From positions 1,430 to 65,429 of the forward strand of contig JAHJQO010000033.1 in NCBI GenBank assembly GCA_018819305.1: DNA of 64,000 nucleotides, in the 5' to 3' direction. A model generated the notes under the pieces. That model was not told where the DNA came from. It was given only the letters and a program-made list of their open reading frames with translations, and searched no databases. Below, one piece after another: positions 53,157 to 62,656 of this stretch (position 1 is the stretch's first letter; every line of letters starts with the position of its first letter). Source of the DNA: Nanobdellota archaeon. GTDB lineage: Archaea; Nanobdellota; Nanobdellia; Woesearchaeales; SM23-78. Position numbers and translations under genes: made by a program.

Positions 53157-54803
53157 TCACCACTTCTTTCTTTTGAAACTGTCTTTTACAATTGAGAACA
53201 AAAGATAAAGCAGCAAGAGCACTCCAAGAATTATGAATAATCTGCTTAAAAGAAAACTTATCTTGTAAGTAAGGCTTGCTCCTATTGCAAAGCCAGCAAT
53301 CAGAATTCCTATGATTATTCTGCCACCTTCAATCCTAATTTCATTTGTCAGGCTCTGGATGTCAGAATTAATATGGTCAAGTGTAATGTCTGCTTTCTGG
53401 ACAGTTTGATACATTTTTTGGGATTCTTCTGGCAGTGAATCAACAAATTCCAGGAATTTTGCTGTGCGTTTTACAAGAGCTCTGGCAATTAAAGATGGCT
53501 TTGTTTTTTCTTTTGCAAGAACTTTTAGAAAAGGATGTGTTTCTCTTACAAGATTGAAATCAGGGTCAAGCTCAATGCCGACACCCTGCAGAGTAATAAG
53601 TGCTTTTCCCAGGAGCACAAAGTCTTTGGGAATCTTTATTTTATGCCTTTTTGCAACTTCAAGACTCTTGAAAAACAATTCTGCCATGTCAATCTTTTCC
53701 AGACTTGTATCATAATATCCTCCCAGAGTATTTCTTAAATCAGTTTTTAACCTGATAACATCAACGTCACTCTCGACAAGATTAAGGCTGATAAAAGATT
53801 TGACCAGACCATTGATATCTCCATGAATCAGGCTGATGAATAAATTGCCAAGCCTTTTTTTTAAATCCTTGTCAATCCGTCCGACAATTCCAAAATCAAT
53901 TAAGCCAAGTGAATATGTGCTCTTTGTTTTTTTTACAAGAATATTTGCTGGATGAGGGTCTGCATGAAAAAACCCATTGATAAAAATCTGCTTCATAACA
54001 GTCTCAACTAATAAGTGAGATGTTTTTTTTCTGTCATATTTTAGGTTTTTCTTCGGATACTGTATGATGTCTCTGAGTTCAATACCATCCAAAAATTCCA
54101 TTGTCAGCACTTTGTGTGTTGTGAATTTGTCATAAACCTTTGGAATCCTTACTTTTTTGTCTTTTTTGAAAAGTTCATAAAAGATTTTTATGTTATGGGC
54201 TTCTTTTAGATAGTCAAGTTCATTTTCAGTATAATCCTTAAACTCCTTAAAAATTTGATCAGGATCAATAAGCTCTTGCTTTAAATGAGCTTTTGCAAGT
54301 TTAGTAAAATGTTCAATAATATCAAGGTCTGTCTCAATCAAATGCTTTATTCCAGGACGCATTACTTTGACTGCAACTTTTTTATTGTTTTTTAACTTTG
54401 CAAGATGAACCTGTCCAATGCTGGCAGAAGCAAGGGGTTTTTTGTCAAAGCTCTTGAAAAGTTGCTTGATTGGTTTTCCCAGCTCTGCTTTGATAACATG
54501 CTCAACTTCAACATAAGTTATTGGCGGAACATCATCCTGTAGTTTGCTAAGTTCATCACAGTATTCTCGGGGAATAAGATCAGGCCTAAGACTCAACAAC
54601 TGGCCCAGTTTGATAAAAGTGCCGCCAAGCTCTTCAAACATCAGTCTGAGCTCAACAGGATGAGTGTCTTTTTTCTTTTTGAAAAAACTTTTTCTTTTGA
54701 GCTTTAATTTTTCCAGAACACAGCCTATTTCATACTTGGTCACCACCCCAAGAATTTGCTCAAACCTCTTTATCCCGCGATACCTTTTGGGTATATTAAA
54801 CAT
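53157..54803 (-). CDS. ABC1/UbiB-family atypical kinase with C-terminal TM helices
   Basis: 548 aa. GGTFIKLGQLLSLRPDLIPREYCDELSKLQDDVPP, ASIGQVHLAKL, VAVKVMRPGI, HADPHPANILV, IDFGIVG. Confidence 0.85.
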   Translation of the reverse strand: MFNIPKRYRGIKRFEQILGVVTKYEIGCVLEKLKLKRKSFFKKKKDTHPVELRLMFEELGGTFIKLGQLLSLRPDLIPREYCDELSKLQDDVPPITYVEVEHVIKAELGKPIKQLFKSFDKKPLASASIGQVHLAKLKNNKKVAVKVMRPGIKHLIETDLDIIEHFTKLAKAHLKQELIDPDQIFKEFKDYTENELDYLKEAHNIKIFYELFKKDKKVRIPKVYDKFTTHKVLTMEFLDGIELRDIIQYPKKNLKYDRKKTSHLLVETVMKQIFINGFFHADPHPANILVKKTKSTYSLGLIDFGIVGRIDKDLKKRLGNLFISLIHGDINGLVKSFISLNLVESDVDVIRLKTDLRNTLGGYYDTSLEKIDMAELFFKSLEVAKRHKIKIPKDFVLLGKALITLQGVGIELDPDFNLVRETHPFLKVLAKEKTKPSLIARALVKRTAKFLEFVDSLPEESQKMYQTVQKADITLDHINSDIQSLTNEIRIEGGRIIIGILIAGFAIGASLTYKISFLLSRLFIILGVLLLLYLLFSIVKDSFKRKKW

Positions 54804-54880
54804 TAATATTAGAAGATGAATTAAGGTTTAAAAAGTTATTGGAAGATTTTATATATTTGATATTTTTTCTTTGGCTTGAA

Positions 54881-55927
54881 ATGTACAAGCTGATAAGACC
54901 TTTGATTTTCAAATATGACCCTGAAGATGTTCATGAAAAAATTATTGCTCTTTCCCTCTCTCTTTCAAATTCTCACTTGAACAAAATAATAAAAGGTTTA
55001 TATTCTTATGAAAACAAAATGTTAAATACCAATGTTTTTGGAATTGATTTTAAGAATCCAGTTGGTCTGGCTGCGGGTTATGACAAGAACGGAGAGTTAT
55101 TAGATTTTCTTCCATCCTTAGGATTTGGCTTTATAGAAATAGGTTCTGTTTCAGCCCAGCCCAGCCAAGGCAATACTAAACCAAGGATTTTCAGATTTCC
55201 TAAAGACAAATCGCTTGTAAACAGAACGGGTTTGCCTAATAAAGGAGTTGATAAGATTCATGATAAAATAAAAGATAAAAAGTTTAAAGTTCCAGTTGGA
55301 ATTAACATTGTAAAGACCCACAATCCTGAGCTTTTAGGAGAGGCAGGAATTTTTGACATATGTTATTCTTTTTTGAGGTTACATGATTTGGGAGATTATA
55401 TTACTATCAATATAAGCTGTCCTAATACAGCAGAAGGAAAAACTTTTGAAGATAAAAACTCGCTTAATGATTTGTTATTGGAAATAAATAAAATAAGAAA
55501 GAATTTCTCAGAGAGAAAACCAATTCTCTTAAAGATTTCTCCAGATCTGTCTTATAATGTAATGGATGATGTTCTTGAGATTGCAGAGTATTTTAGTATT
55601 GACGGTTATGTTATTAGCAATACATCTTCAATCAATACTAAAGGAATTGAAGGAGGGTTAAGTGGTTTGCCAATAAAACAGAAATCAACAGAACTGATTA
55701 GATATGTGCATAAGCATATTCCTGACACCTCGATTGTTGGTGTAGGGGGTATTTTTTCTGCTCAAGATGCTTATGAAAAGATTCTGGCAGGTGCTTCTCT
55801 TGTTCAGGGTTACACAGGATTGATTTATGAAGGCCCTGGTTTAGTTAAGAAAATTAACAAGGGTTTGGTTAGATTGCTCAAAAGAGATGGTTTTTCTTCT
55901 TTAGAAGAAGCTGTTGGAAGTGAATAA
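54881..55927 (+). CDS. pyrD: Dihydroorotate dehydrogenase, class-2-like architecture
   Basis: ATG 54881 (MYKLIRPLIFKYDPEDVHE...) is preferred to the in-frame TTG at 54839. FKNPVGLAAGYDKNGE, GFIEIGSV...GNTKPRIFR, VNRTGLPNKG, NISCPNT, GGLSG and GVGGI align with E. coli PyrD along the full length. Confidence 0.9.
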   Translation: MYKLIRPLIFKYDPEDVHEKIIALSLSLSNSHLNKIIKGLYSYENKMLNTNVFGIDFKNPVGLAAGYDKNGELLDFLPSLGFGFIEIGSVSAQPSQGNTKPRIFRFPKDKSLVNRTGLPNKGVDKIHDKIKDKKFKVPVGINIVKTHNPELLGEAGIFDICYSFLRLHDLGDYITINISCPNTAEGKTFEDKNSLNDLLLEINKIRKNFSERKPILLKISPDLSYNVMDDVLEIAEYFSIDGYVISNTSSINTKGIEGGLSGLPIKQKSTELIRYVHKHIPDTSIVGVGGIFSAQDAYEKILAGASLVQGYTGLIYEGPGLVKKINKGLVRLLKRDGFSSLEEAVGSE

Positions 55928-55965
55928 GCCTCTGGTTTTAATATTGAGGTAGATATATTTAATAA

Positions 55966-56706
55966 TTAGCTTCCTCCTTTCGTAGGTTTTCCCTGAGTCC
56001 AATACATGTCAAAAATAAATTTCATCGCTTCTGTAACTTGTTCGTTAGATATTATGATTCCGATTATGTCTTTTTTTAGTGTATATATGGCTACTTTTTT
56101 CCCATAGATAAATATCATACAGGGAAAATTTCGAAGAGCGTTGTTAAATCTCATTTCTGTAATTTGTTTATATTCTTTTTTATGGAATGTTGCTTCATCA
56201 TATTTATCCATGACTATTTGCGCAGGTATTTTCTTATCTAATCTTATTGTCCTAAAATGCTCTGGTTGATGTTTGAGCAGTTCTTTAGATAAAGAATAAG
56301 ATCCAAAATAGTAGATTTGTTGTTTTATCTTGAATACATCAGATAAAATTGTGAATAATCCTTTAGTTCCCTCAAAAATTTCTACTGATGAAGATTGAAT
56401 TTTTGTTTCTTTCATAATCTTAAGATTGGGTAGAATTGATGTGATTAAGGCCTTTTTTTCATCTACTTTAGCAACAAGCTTTTCAGGATCTGCTGCTTCA
56501 TAGAAACGCGCATTTCCTTTAACTATAAATGAAACTAAACCTTTTGCAATTAGATAATTTAGCGTATTGTATATTGTAGTTCTTGGCAGATTCACTTTTT
56601 TTGCTATCTCTTGCAAATTAATAGAACCTAAAGGTAAAAGTGCAAGATATGTTTTAATTTCCTTATCAGATAAACCATATTCGTTTAATGCGAATTCAAT
56701 ATCCAT
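55966..56706 (-). CDS. TrmB-family transcriptional regulator
   Basis: 246 aa. The N-terminal LNEYGLSDKEIKTYLALLPLGSINLQEIAKKVNLPRTTIYNTLNYLIAKGLV is the TrmB wHTH. Confidence 0.8.
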   Translation of the reverse strand: MDIEFALNEYGLSDKEIKTYLALLPLGSINLQEIAKKVNLPRTTIYNTLNYLIAKGLVSFIVKGNARFYEAADPEKLVAKVDEKKALITSILPNLKIMKETKIQSSSVEIFEGTKGLFTILSDVFKIKQQIYYFGSYSLSKELLKHQPEHFRTIRLDKKIPAQIVMDKYDEATFHKKEYKQITEMRFNNALRNFPCMIFIYGKKVAIYTLKKDIIGIIISNEQVTEAMKFIFDMYWTQGKPTKGGS

Positions 56707-56801
56707 GTTATGAGTTTGTTAGAGGTAATATTTAAACTTATCTATTTGTCCTCCATTTTGGTGGACAATATTTCATATACTACTTTAACTATATATCTTA
56801 T

Positions 56802-57290
56802 ATGAAAAACAACTTAGAATTAAATAATTTAGAAAAAATCATTGGAAAATTTGATTGCAGAAGTGTTTTGCAGGGAGTTCAAAATTATTTAATTGATACT
56901 TCGGCAAAAGTTGCATCCTATGCGCCTTTGATGGCTACGATGGAAGCATTTAATGGATTAGATGGCGATCAAATTCTTCAATCAAGATTAAGCGCTGCAT
57001 TAGTTGATTCTGTTGTGGCAAGGGTTTATGGAAAAACACTTGACTATGTACGCAATAAATTTCATGCTGACCCTAAAGAGAAAAGTATGAAGAATTATTT
57101 TATCGACACAATTACAATGATTAGTATCTATACGCCAGTTTATGCAGGGATACTTTTTGCTACGGGAGCAAATTTATCACAAATTGGATCGGCATTATTA
57201 ATGGGTGCAGGTATTGCTACTGTTACTGCAAGACCTTATGCAAAATATGTTCTTGCACCTTGGAGAAAACTGTGCAAATATAAAAAATAA
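56802..57290 (+). CDS. AlaE-like small amino-acid exporter family protein
   Basis: 162 aa. LIDTSAKVASYAPLMATMEAF..., ...ARVYGKTLDYVRNKF... and DTITMISIYTPVYAGILFATGANLSQI follow the E. coli AlaE layout as I recall it. Confidence 0.5.
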   Translation: MKNNLELNNLEKIIGKFDCRSVLQGVQNYLIDTSAKVASYAPLMATMEAFNGLDGDQILQSRLSAALVDSVVARVYGKTLDYVRNKFHADPKEKSMKNYFIDTITMISIYTPVYAGILFATGANLSQIGSALLMGAGIATVTARPYAKYVLAPWRKLCKYKK

Positions 57291-57392
57291 ATTAAGCCTC
57301 TGGGAGGATTACCACTAACCTTTTCCACCTTGTGCAAAAGGTTAACGAAAAACAAGTGATTCCTAGCACAAAAACGTGCCGGAATCCCTTAA

Positions 57393-57464
57393 AGCCTCTG
57401 ACCGGATTTGAACCGGTGACCTGCGGCTTACGAAGCCGCTGCTCTACCACTAAGCTACAGAGGC
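57393..57464 (-). tRNA. tRNA-Thr (anticodon CGU), no encoded CCA
   Basis: Reverse complement: GCCTCTGTAGCTTAGTGGTAGAGCAGCGGCTTCGTAAGCCGCAGGTCACCGGTTCAAATCCGGTCAGAGGCT. Acceptor 7 bp (GCCTCTG/CAGAGGC), D arm GCTT/GAGC, anticodon stem GCGGC/GCCGC with loop TTCGTAA, T arm ACCGG-TTCAAAT-CCGGT, discriminator U. Confidence 0.92.
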
Positions 57465-57497
57465 ATGTTGGTAATGAAAGAAGAGAAGAGCAACCTC

Positions 57498-57650
57498 TTA
57501 AAGTTTCTCTTTTAACTCAGTCGTCGTGTGTTTTTTCTGGCACTCATTGCAAACAGGCTTTCTTTTGCCTTTGTCATTCTTCATATAAGTGCCTATTAAT
57601 TTATTAAGAAAAGTTGTTTCAATTTTTTTGCTACATATACTACATTTCAT
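57498..57650 (-). CDS. Possible small zinc-ribbon protein
   Basis: 50 aa, below the track cutoff: MKCSICSKKIETTFLNKLIGTYMKNDKGKRKPVCNECQKKHTTTELKEKL. Two CxxC pairs. Lies between the M50 protease gene and the tRNA. Confidence 0.35.
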   Translation of the reverse strand: MKCSICSKKIETTFLNKLIGTYMKNDKGKRKPVCNECQKKHTTTELKEKL

Positions 57651-57695
57651 TTTGATTTTATTTTTCTTTTGTGTTTTGTGATTATATTGCTATTT

Positions 57696-58268
57696 TTAAA
57701 GATTTGGTATTACAATGTGAAATATGTTGATTATTAATGCTGCTGCCAGCATTCCAAAGTATGCTGCCTTGCTCCAATCAATTATTTTTTTGCCGTCAAA
57801 TCCTCCAAATGGTATGAGGTTGAACAATGCAAGCCATGCATTAATCATTATGCCTATCTGGGCTATGGTTGGAATTACAAATATTAATGGAATGAAAAGT
57901 ATTGCTAAGACTAGGTTGGCTGCAGGGCCTGAACTTGCTATTATTCCTCCTTCTCTTTTTGAAACAAAGCCTGAGATGACAACTGCGCCTGGTGCTGCGA
58001 TTACAAATCCAAAAAAACTCATGACAATTGCCAGTATCAGCATTTTGTTATTTGCTCTGAATTCTGCATGTTTGCCAAATTTCTTTGCAAAGTATCTGTG
58101 AGCCAGCTCATGAAAGATGAATCCAATTCCTACTGTGATGGCTGCTATGATTATGCTAATTATAATTGAGAATTGATAGCTTGGAGTTGTATAAATGAGT
58201 ATGCCAAAGGCTATGCTTATAGCAGCCCATGCTTTGACCAATTCTTTGAATTCATGTGTTATTTTCAC
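57696..58268 (-). CDS. M50 family (site-2 protease-like) membrane zinc metalloprotease
   Basis: 190 aa, multi-TM. HELAH zinc motif and NAWLALFNLIPFGGFDG second motif. Confidence 0.8.
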   Translation of the reverse strand: MKITHEFKELVKAWAAISIAFGILIYTTPSYQFSIIISIIIAAITVGIGFIFHELAHRYFAKKFGKHAEFRANNKMLILAIVMSFFGFVIAAPGAVVISGFVSKREGGIIASSGPAANLVLAILFIPLIFVIPTIAQIGIMINAWLALFNLIPFGGFDGKKIIDWSKAAYFGMLAAALIINIFHIVIPNL

Positions 58269-58393
58269 TTTATAGCCAGGAATAGATGTGTGATTTATAA
58301 AGATAATCTATTAATTATTAGACTACTCGCAAGTGGTTATAAAAGAAAAGTTTATATATGATACGCACATTTCCATGAAATACGAGGGATAAG

Positions 58394-59410
58394 ATGTTCG
58401 CATACAGAACTATAATTTTATTTGTAATAAGTGCATTATTAATACCTGCGATTCTATTAACAAGAAATACAATCCTTCTTGCTATATTCATAATATTATT
58501 TATTTTAACTCAAATAGCATTACTTTTCTTTATTTATAAACAACAGAGCATGACTATCATGAGATGGTATGCCTTTGCACTGGCTTTAATAAACTTAATT
58601 TTTTTGCTAGTATTGGTTTTATTTGGAAGAAAAGTATATGTGGGATTCATAGGATTATTAATTTTTCTAGGACATTTCATAGGCCTGCTGGGTTTATTAT
58701 TTGGGCCAATACTGTTTCGTCTGTTTAGAGGCAAGCCTAAGAAACACAAAAAAAAGAAGCCAGAACCTAAAAAAAAGGACTTTGAAAAATTCAGGGAAAA
58801 TGATGAAATTGACAATCTGATAGATTCATTTGAAGAAGATATTGGTCCTAAAATTGATTCTAAAGTTGAGACATATGATTTTCAAGAACCAGAACCGCAG
58901 TCAGAGCATCGAACAGAGTCTCCAAGGCAAGAGCCAAGAGAAATGTTTCCTGATGAAAGTGAATTTGATGATTTGACAACATCATTTGTTTTTGATGAGC
59001 CTGAAGAAGATGAACCTATAGAAGAACTAAATGAAGACATAGAAGAACCAATAGAAGAACCCGAGATAAGAGAGCTTCATGAAGCACCAAAATTAGATTT
59101 GGAAAAAGTCAAAAATGACTTGGACAGGATTGATGACGGAGTCAAAGATATCAGTGAGAAAATAAAACTCATAAGTGAAAAGGCGATATTAGAAGGCGCG
59201 CAGAAAAAAGTTGATGAGTTAGAAGAAAAAGAAAAACAAAAGCAGAAAAAGAGTGAGCAAAAAGTTTTTGCATCAAAAACAGGAACAAAATACCACAAAA
59301 ACAAAGACTGCTTAAGTCTGAAAAGAGTGAGCAAAAATAACCTTATATCATATTCTGATTCTAAAGAAGCAAGAAAAAAGAAACTGACTGCTTGCGATAG
59401 ATGTAACTAG
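58394..59410 (+). CDS. Membrane protein with acidic linker and C-terminal Ada-like Cys/His metal-binding motif
   Basis: 338 aa. About 4 N-terminal TM helices, a KKHKKKKPEPKKK patch, an E/D/P-rich region (EEPIEE repeats), and a C-terminus ...GTKYHKNKDCLSLKRVSKNNLISYSDSKEARKKKLTACDRCN. Confidence 0.5.
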   Translation: MFAYRTIILFVISALLIPAILLTRNTILLAIFIILFILTQIALLFFIYKQQSMTIMRWYAFALALINLIFLLVLVLFGRKVYVGFIGLLIFLGHFIGLLGLLFGPILFRLFRGKPKKHKKKKPEPKKKDFEKFRENDEIDNLIDSFEEDIGPKIDSKVETYDFQEPEPQSEHRTESPRQEPREMFPDESEFDDLTTSFVFDEPEEDEPIEELNEDIEEPIEEPEIRELHEAPKLDLEKVKNDLDRIDDGVKDISEKIKLISEKAILEGAQKKVDELEEKEKQKQKKSEQKVFASKTGTKYHKNKDCLSLKRVSKNNLISYSDSKEARKKKLTACDRCN

Positions 59411-59441
59411 AATTTTTTTAATAAAAATAAACAAAGGCGGG

Positions 59442-59834
59442 GTGAAAATCATGAGTGAATATGAAGAAAATGTCAAATTGAATCGGGAGAGGCATGCTCT
59501 GGTTGAAAAAGATAAAAGAGAGGAATTTATAGATAAACTTATTATGCCTGCTTTGCCAGATTATAAAAAAGCTTTTGCCAGACCAAGAGTTAGTGACATT
59601 GTTGATAAATTTATTGGCAGAGATATGGATACTCTTTCAGTTCTGCAATATGCTGCTGAAAACAAAAGGTTTGATGAGTTCATGGATAAATTAGAAGAGC
59701 ATTATTATAATAATATTAGATGCGTTGCTCCGGAGGCCCGGATGGTTTTAGAATGGCCTGGTGGCAAAAGGGCGGAGTATTTCTTTATAGAATGCTATGT
59801 ACACTTAGGAATTAAGCCGCAGAAGAAAAAATAA
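59442..59834 (+). CDS. Hypothetical protein
   Basis: 130-aa ORF (GTG start in the track; internal ATG 3 codons in). No motif recognised. Confidence 0.4.
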   Translation: MKIMSEYEENVKLNRERHALVEKDKREEFIDKLIMPALPDYKKAFARPRVSDIVDKFIGRDMDTLSVLQYAAENKRFDEFMDKLEEHYYNNIRCVAPEARMVLEWPGGKRAEYFFIECYVHLGIKPQKKK

Positions 59835-59889
59835 CAGAAAAGTAAAAAATATCAAAAGGTGGGTGGAATGAAAGACTTTGAAGAACTAA

Positions 59890-60633
59890 TCACCACTCAA
59901 CCAAACTCTTCTGATCCTTAGAATATCTCTCCAATCTCTTAGGAGGATTAACCTGAACCCATTTGAATTTCCATTTCTCCAGCATTTCCTTGGCATTTGG
60001 GCTGATGCTTGGACTGGCCATGATGCCTTTTACCTTGCTGATAGAAACTCCTTTTAATTCACTTATCTTTTCAACATATCTTCTTAGCTGTGTAACACAT
60101 TGCAGGCTTGCTGTGTATCGTTTGCACTCAACAATAACCATGTTGCCTTTTTTATCATGGCCAAAAACATCGATAAAGCCAAACTTGGTGTGCTCCTCCC
60201 TGCTCAAAGGCTTGAAATCATTGCTTATTAATTCAGGCTTGGCTTTTATCATGTCACTCATATCCTTCTCATTCCCAGCAAGTTCTAGTTTTAATCCATC
60301 CTCTAATTTGTGATTCATAAAATTATAAACTCTGAAGATTTCAATATCAAGATAATCCTTGTAATCAAGATTTTGGCATTTTAAGATAAGATGCTTCTTG
60401 TGTTTCACCAGTTCAAGCTTTGAATTTGGCTTCATGTAATTTACAGGACTGCTTCCTTCTGGCTGATGAACAAGAACAGTGTTATCTCCTTTTACAATAA
60501 TTATCCTGTCGCCTCTGGCAAGAAAAGCCTCTGCCCTTCCGCTGTATTTGATTTCGCAGTTGCAAAAGAAAACAATTGACTCATTTTTACTCAAGGCTTG
60601 TTCAAACTTGTCTTTAAACTCTTTTATCTCCAT
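59890..60633 (-). CDS. nucS: Endonuclease NucS (EndoMS)
   Basis: 247 aa. The N-terminal half-barrel domain has ...GDRIIIVKGDNTVLVHQP.... The C-terminal RecB-like core is GFIDVFGHDKKGNMVIVECKR...QLRRY. Confidence 0.85.
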   Translation of the reverse strand: MEIKEFKDKFEQALSKNESIVFFCNCEIKYSGRAEAFLARGDRIIIVKGDNTVLVHQPEGSSPVNYMKPNSKLELVKHKKHLILKCQNLDYKDYLDIEIFRVYNFMNHKLEDGLKLELAGNEKDMSDMIKAKPELISNDFKPLSREEHTKFGFIDVFGHDKKGNMVIVECKRYTASLQCVTQLRRYVEKISELKGVSISKVKGIMASPSISPNAKEMLEKWKFKWVQVNPPKRLERYSKDQKSLVEW

Positions 60634-60685
60634 TAGAAAAAACAGAACATAGGATTAAAATATAAACTTTTGGGTGTTTATTCTT

Positions 60686-62632
60686 TTACCCTTCTTCTTC
60701 ATACTTGAATGCTTTAAAAGACCAGACTGCCAGTCCTCCAAGTACAATTAGCTGGATGAGAATAACAATCAAATCACCACTCATAGAAGCAAGGGTTTTG
60801 TTGAACAAGAATGCTTTGCTGAGCAAAAACTCTGCTACAACAAATGGATTGGCTCTTGCAAACATTGCCATGGTTGCACTCATTTTTTCAATTGGCACAA
60901 TTGTGCTTGAGAACATAAAGAATATGCACGCAAGAATTATAGATGCGATTGTGGATGTTTCTTCTGATTTGAAAAGATTGCTTATAATTATTCCTATGCA
61001 AGAGAAAATTGATATTATGAGGATAATGATGATCAAAACAGTTCCAAAGTTCTGGAACACAGACATGTTAAAGAACAAGCTGGCAATCAATACTATTATA
61101 AGAATTTGTATCATGGTGATAAATAATGAAGTTAAGAAAGTGCCAAGTACATAGACATAATTGTTAATGGGTGCAATTAGATTTCTAAAGGTTGCATTTG
61201 AAGATTTTTCTCTCATAACAAGAGAGCTTGATAATAATATACTCACAAACATGATGATAAGGATTAATAAACTAGGAAATAAATAATCAAGGGTTTTCTT
61301 GTTAGTTGTCAAAGGTTTTACTTCTGTGGAGATTGGATTGATAATAGAGTCTGGTGTTAATACACTTATGTTTTTAATATTTGATGTGAGTTCTGTCATT
61401 GCATTGTTTATCAGGTCAAACTTTTCCAGATTATTATTTACAAGACCGCTGATATTATCAAGTTCAGAAGCAAAATCTTGTTTGCTGCTATTCATTTGCC
61501 CAAGTCTTTCTTCTGCATCATCAATTGAAGTCTCTGCTTGTCCAAATCTTTCTTCTGCATTAAAAAGTTCTATTTGCACTTGTGCAAATGTATCTCTGCT
61601 TTCAATCTCAAACTTATCAAGCTCAGCAAGTGCACCATCAATCTCATTAATTAAAGTGCCAAGTTTCTGAGATGTTGCGTCAAGGTCATTACCTGTCTGG
61701 TCAACATTGCTTTTTATTGTGTACAAAAATGAACAGGTTGGGTTTGTCAAACTGCTTATCATGCTGTTCAAGGTATCAGAATCCTCAAGATAAGGAGTTA
61801 AATCAACAACAGTTTGAGAAGCACAGCCTTGAGCAATATAAGACTCATCAACATTTTTTTTAATATTATTTTTAGTTACTATCTGTGCATCAACAGTGGT
61901 CTTTAAATTCACTGCATCCTGCCGGAATTGTTTTAGCTTTGCCCTGTTTGTTGCTATTTGTCGCTCAATTCTGTTTTCATAAGTTGAAATCATGCCTTTG
62001 TTTCTGGCAACATCCTGTTTCATGCTTGAAAAATTCATGCTCTGCAAGTCAAAGTCCATGTCAAGATTTTCAACTTCTTGCTGGACATCAACAATCTTTA
62101 CACCAAGCTGCTCTGCCTCTGATTTTAACTCGTTAATAAGTCCTGCATTATCTTCAATCTTTCCAATTGTGTAATGCATCTTGTCAATAAGTTCAGATAC
62201 AAGACCAAGACTGATTTGTTTTGACTGGCCAGATATTTTTGCAGAAACAATCTCAAGCAAAGTAAAAACTAAGTTCAATCTTGAGTAATCAACATGAAAC
62301 TCAATTCTGTTGTCAAAATTTATTTCATTAGGAAAACTAATGCAAATATGAGACTTGCCAGTTCGTACACTGTCAATACAATCTTCTTTATTTTCATACT
62401 CAACAATGCTGAATTCTTTTCCCTCGAGATTGTCAATAAATAAATTTGTAACTTCATTATAAGACTCTGAATGAACTCCGATTATAATTCCATAAATTCC
62501 AGAACTGCTAAAAGCCAAACCGATAATGCCAATCAATACAAGCGGGCCCAGAAGAATAATCAATGCAGAAAGTTTAGACCTGATTAAACGTCTGAAATTC
62601 TTTTCAATTATTGCTATGAGTTCTCCAATCAT
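60686..62632 (-). CDS. ABC-2 type transporter permease with large coiled-coil extracytoplasmic domain (YhgE/Pip-like)
   Basis: 648 aa. One N-terminal TM, a ~400-aa helical/coiled region, and 5 C-terminal TM helices. Sits immediately downstream of the ABC ATPase. Confidence 0.7.
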   Translation of the reverse strand: MIGELIAIIEKNFRRLIRSKLSALIILLGPLVLIGIIGLAFSSSGIYGIIIGVHSESYNEVTNLFIDNLEGKEFSIVEYENKEDCIDSVRTGKSHICISFPNEINFDNRIEFHVDYSRLNLVFTLLEIVSAKISGQSKQISLGLVSELIDKMHYTIGKIEDNAGLINELKSEAEQLGVKIVDVQQEVENLDMDFDLQSMNFSSMKQDVARNKGMISTYENRIERQIATNRAKLKQFRQDAVNLKTTVDAQIVTKNNIKKNVDESYIAQGCASQTVVDLTPYLEDSDTLNSMISSLTNPTCSFLYTIKSNVDQTGNDLDATSQKLGTLINEIDGALAELDKFEIESRDTFAQVQIELFNAEERFGQAETSIDDAEERLGQMNSSKQDFASELDNISGLVNNNLEKFDLINNAMTELTSNIKNISVLTPDSIINPISTEVKPLTTNKKTLDYLFPSLLILIIMFVSILLSSSLVMREKSSNATFRNLIAPINNYVYVLGTFLTSLFITMIQILIIVLIASLFFNMSVFQNFGTVLIIIILIISIFSCIGIIISNLFKSEETSTIASIILACIFFMFSSTIVPIEKMSATMAMFARANPFVVAEFLLSKAFLFNKTLASMSGDLIVILIQLIVLGGLAVWSFKAFKYEEEG

Positions 62633-62656
62633 TTTTTATATTATTTTATTTATTTT

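Noticed and set aside
55966-57464. Integrated element at the tRNA-Thr gene
   Set aside because: No integrase, excisionase or cargo-like genes flank the tRNA. The genes beside it (AlaE-like exporter, TrmB regulator) look chromosomal. Only the short tRNA-like fragment is reported as a finding.
57332-57607. 91-aa plus-strand ORF
   Set aside because: It runs antisense through the tRNA-Thr gene and the small zinc-ribbon ORF. Its openness is explained by the GC-rich tRNA.
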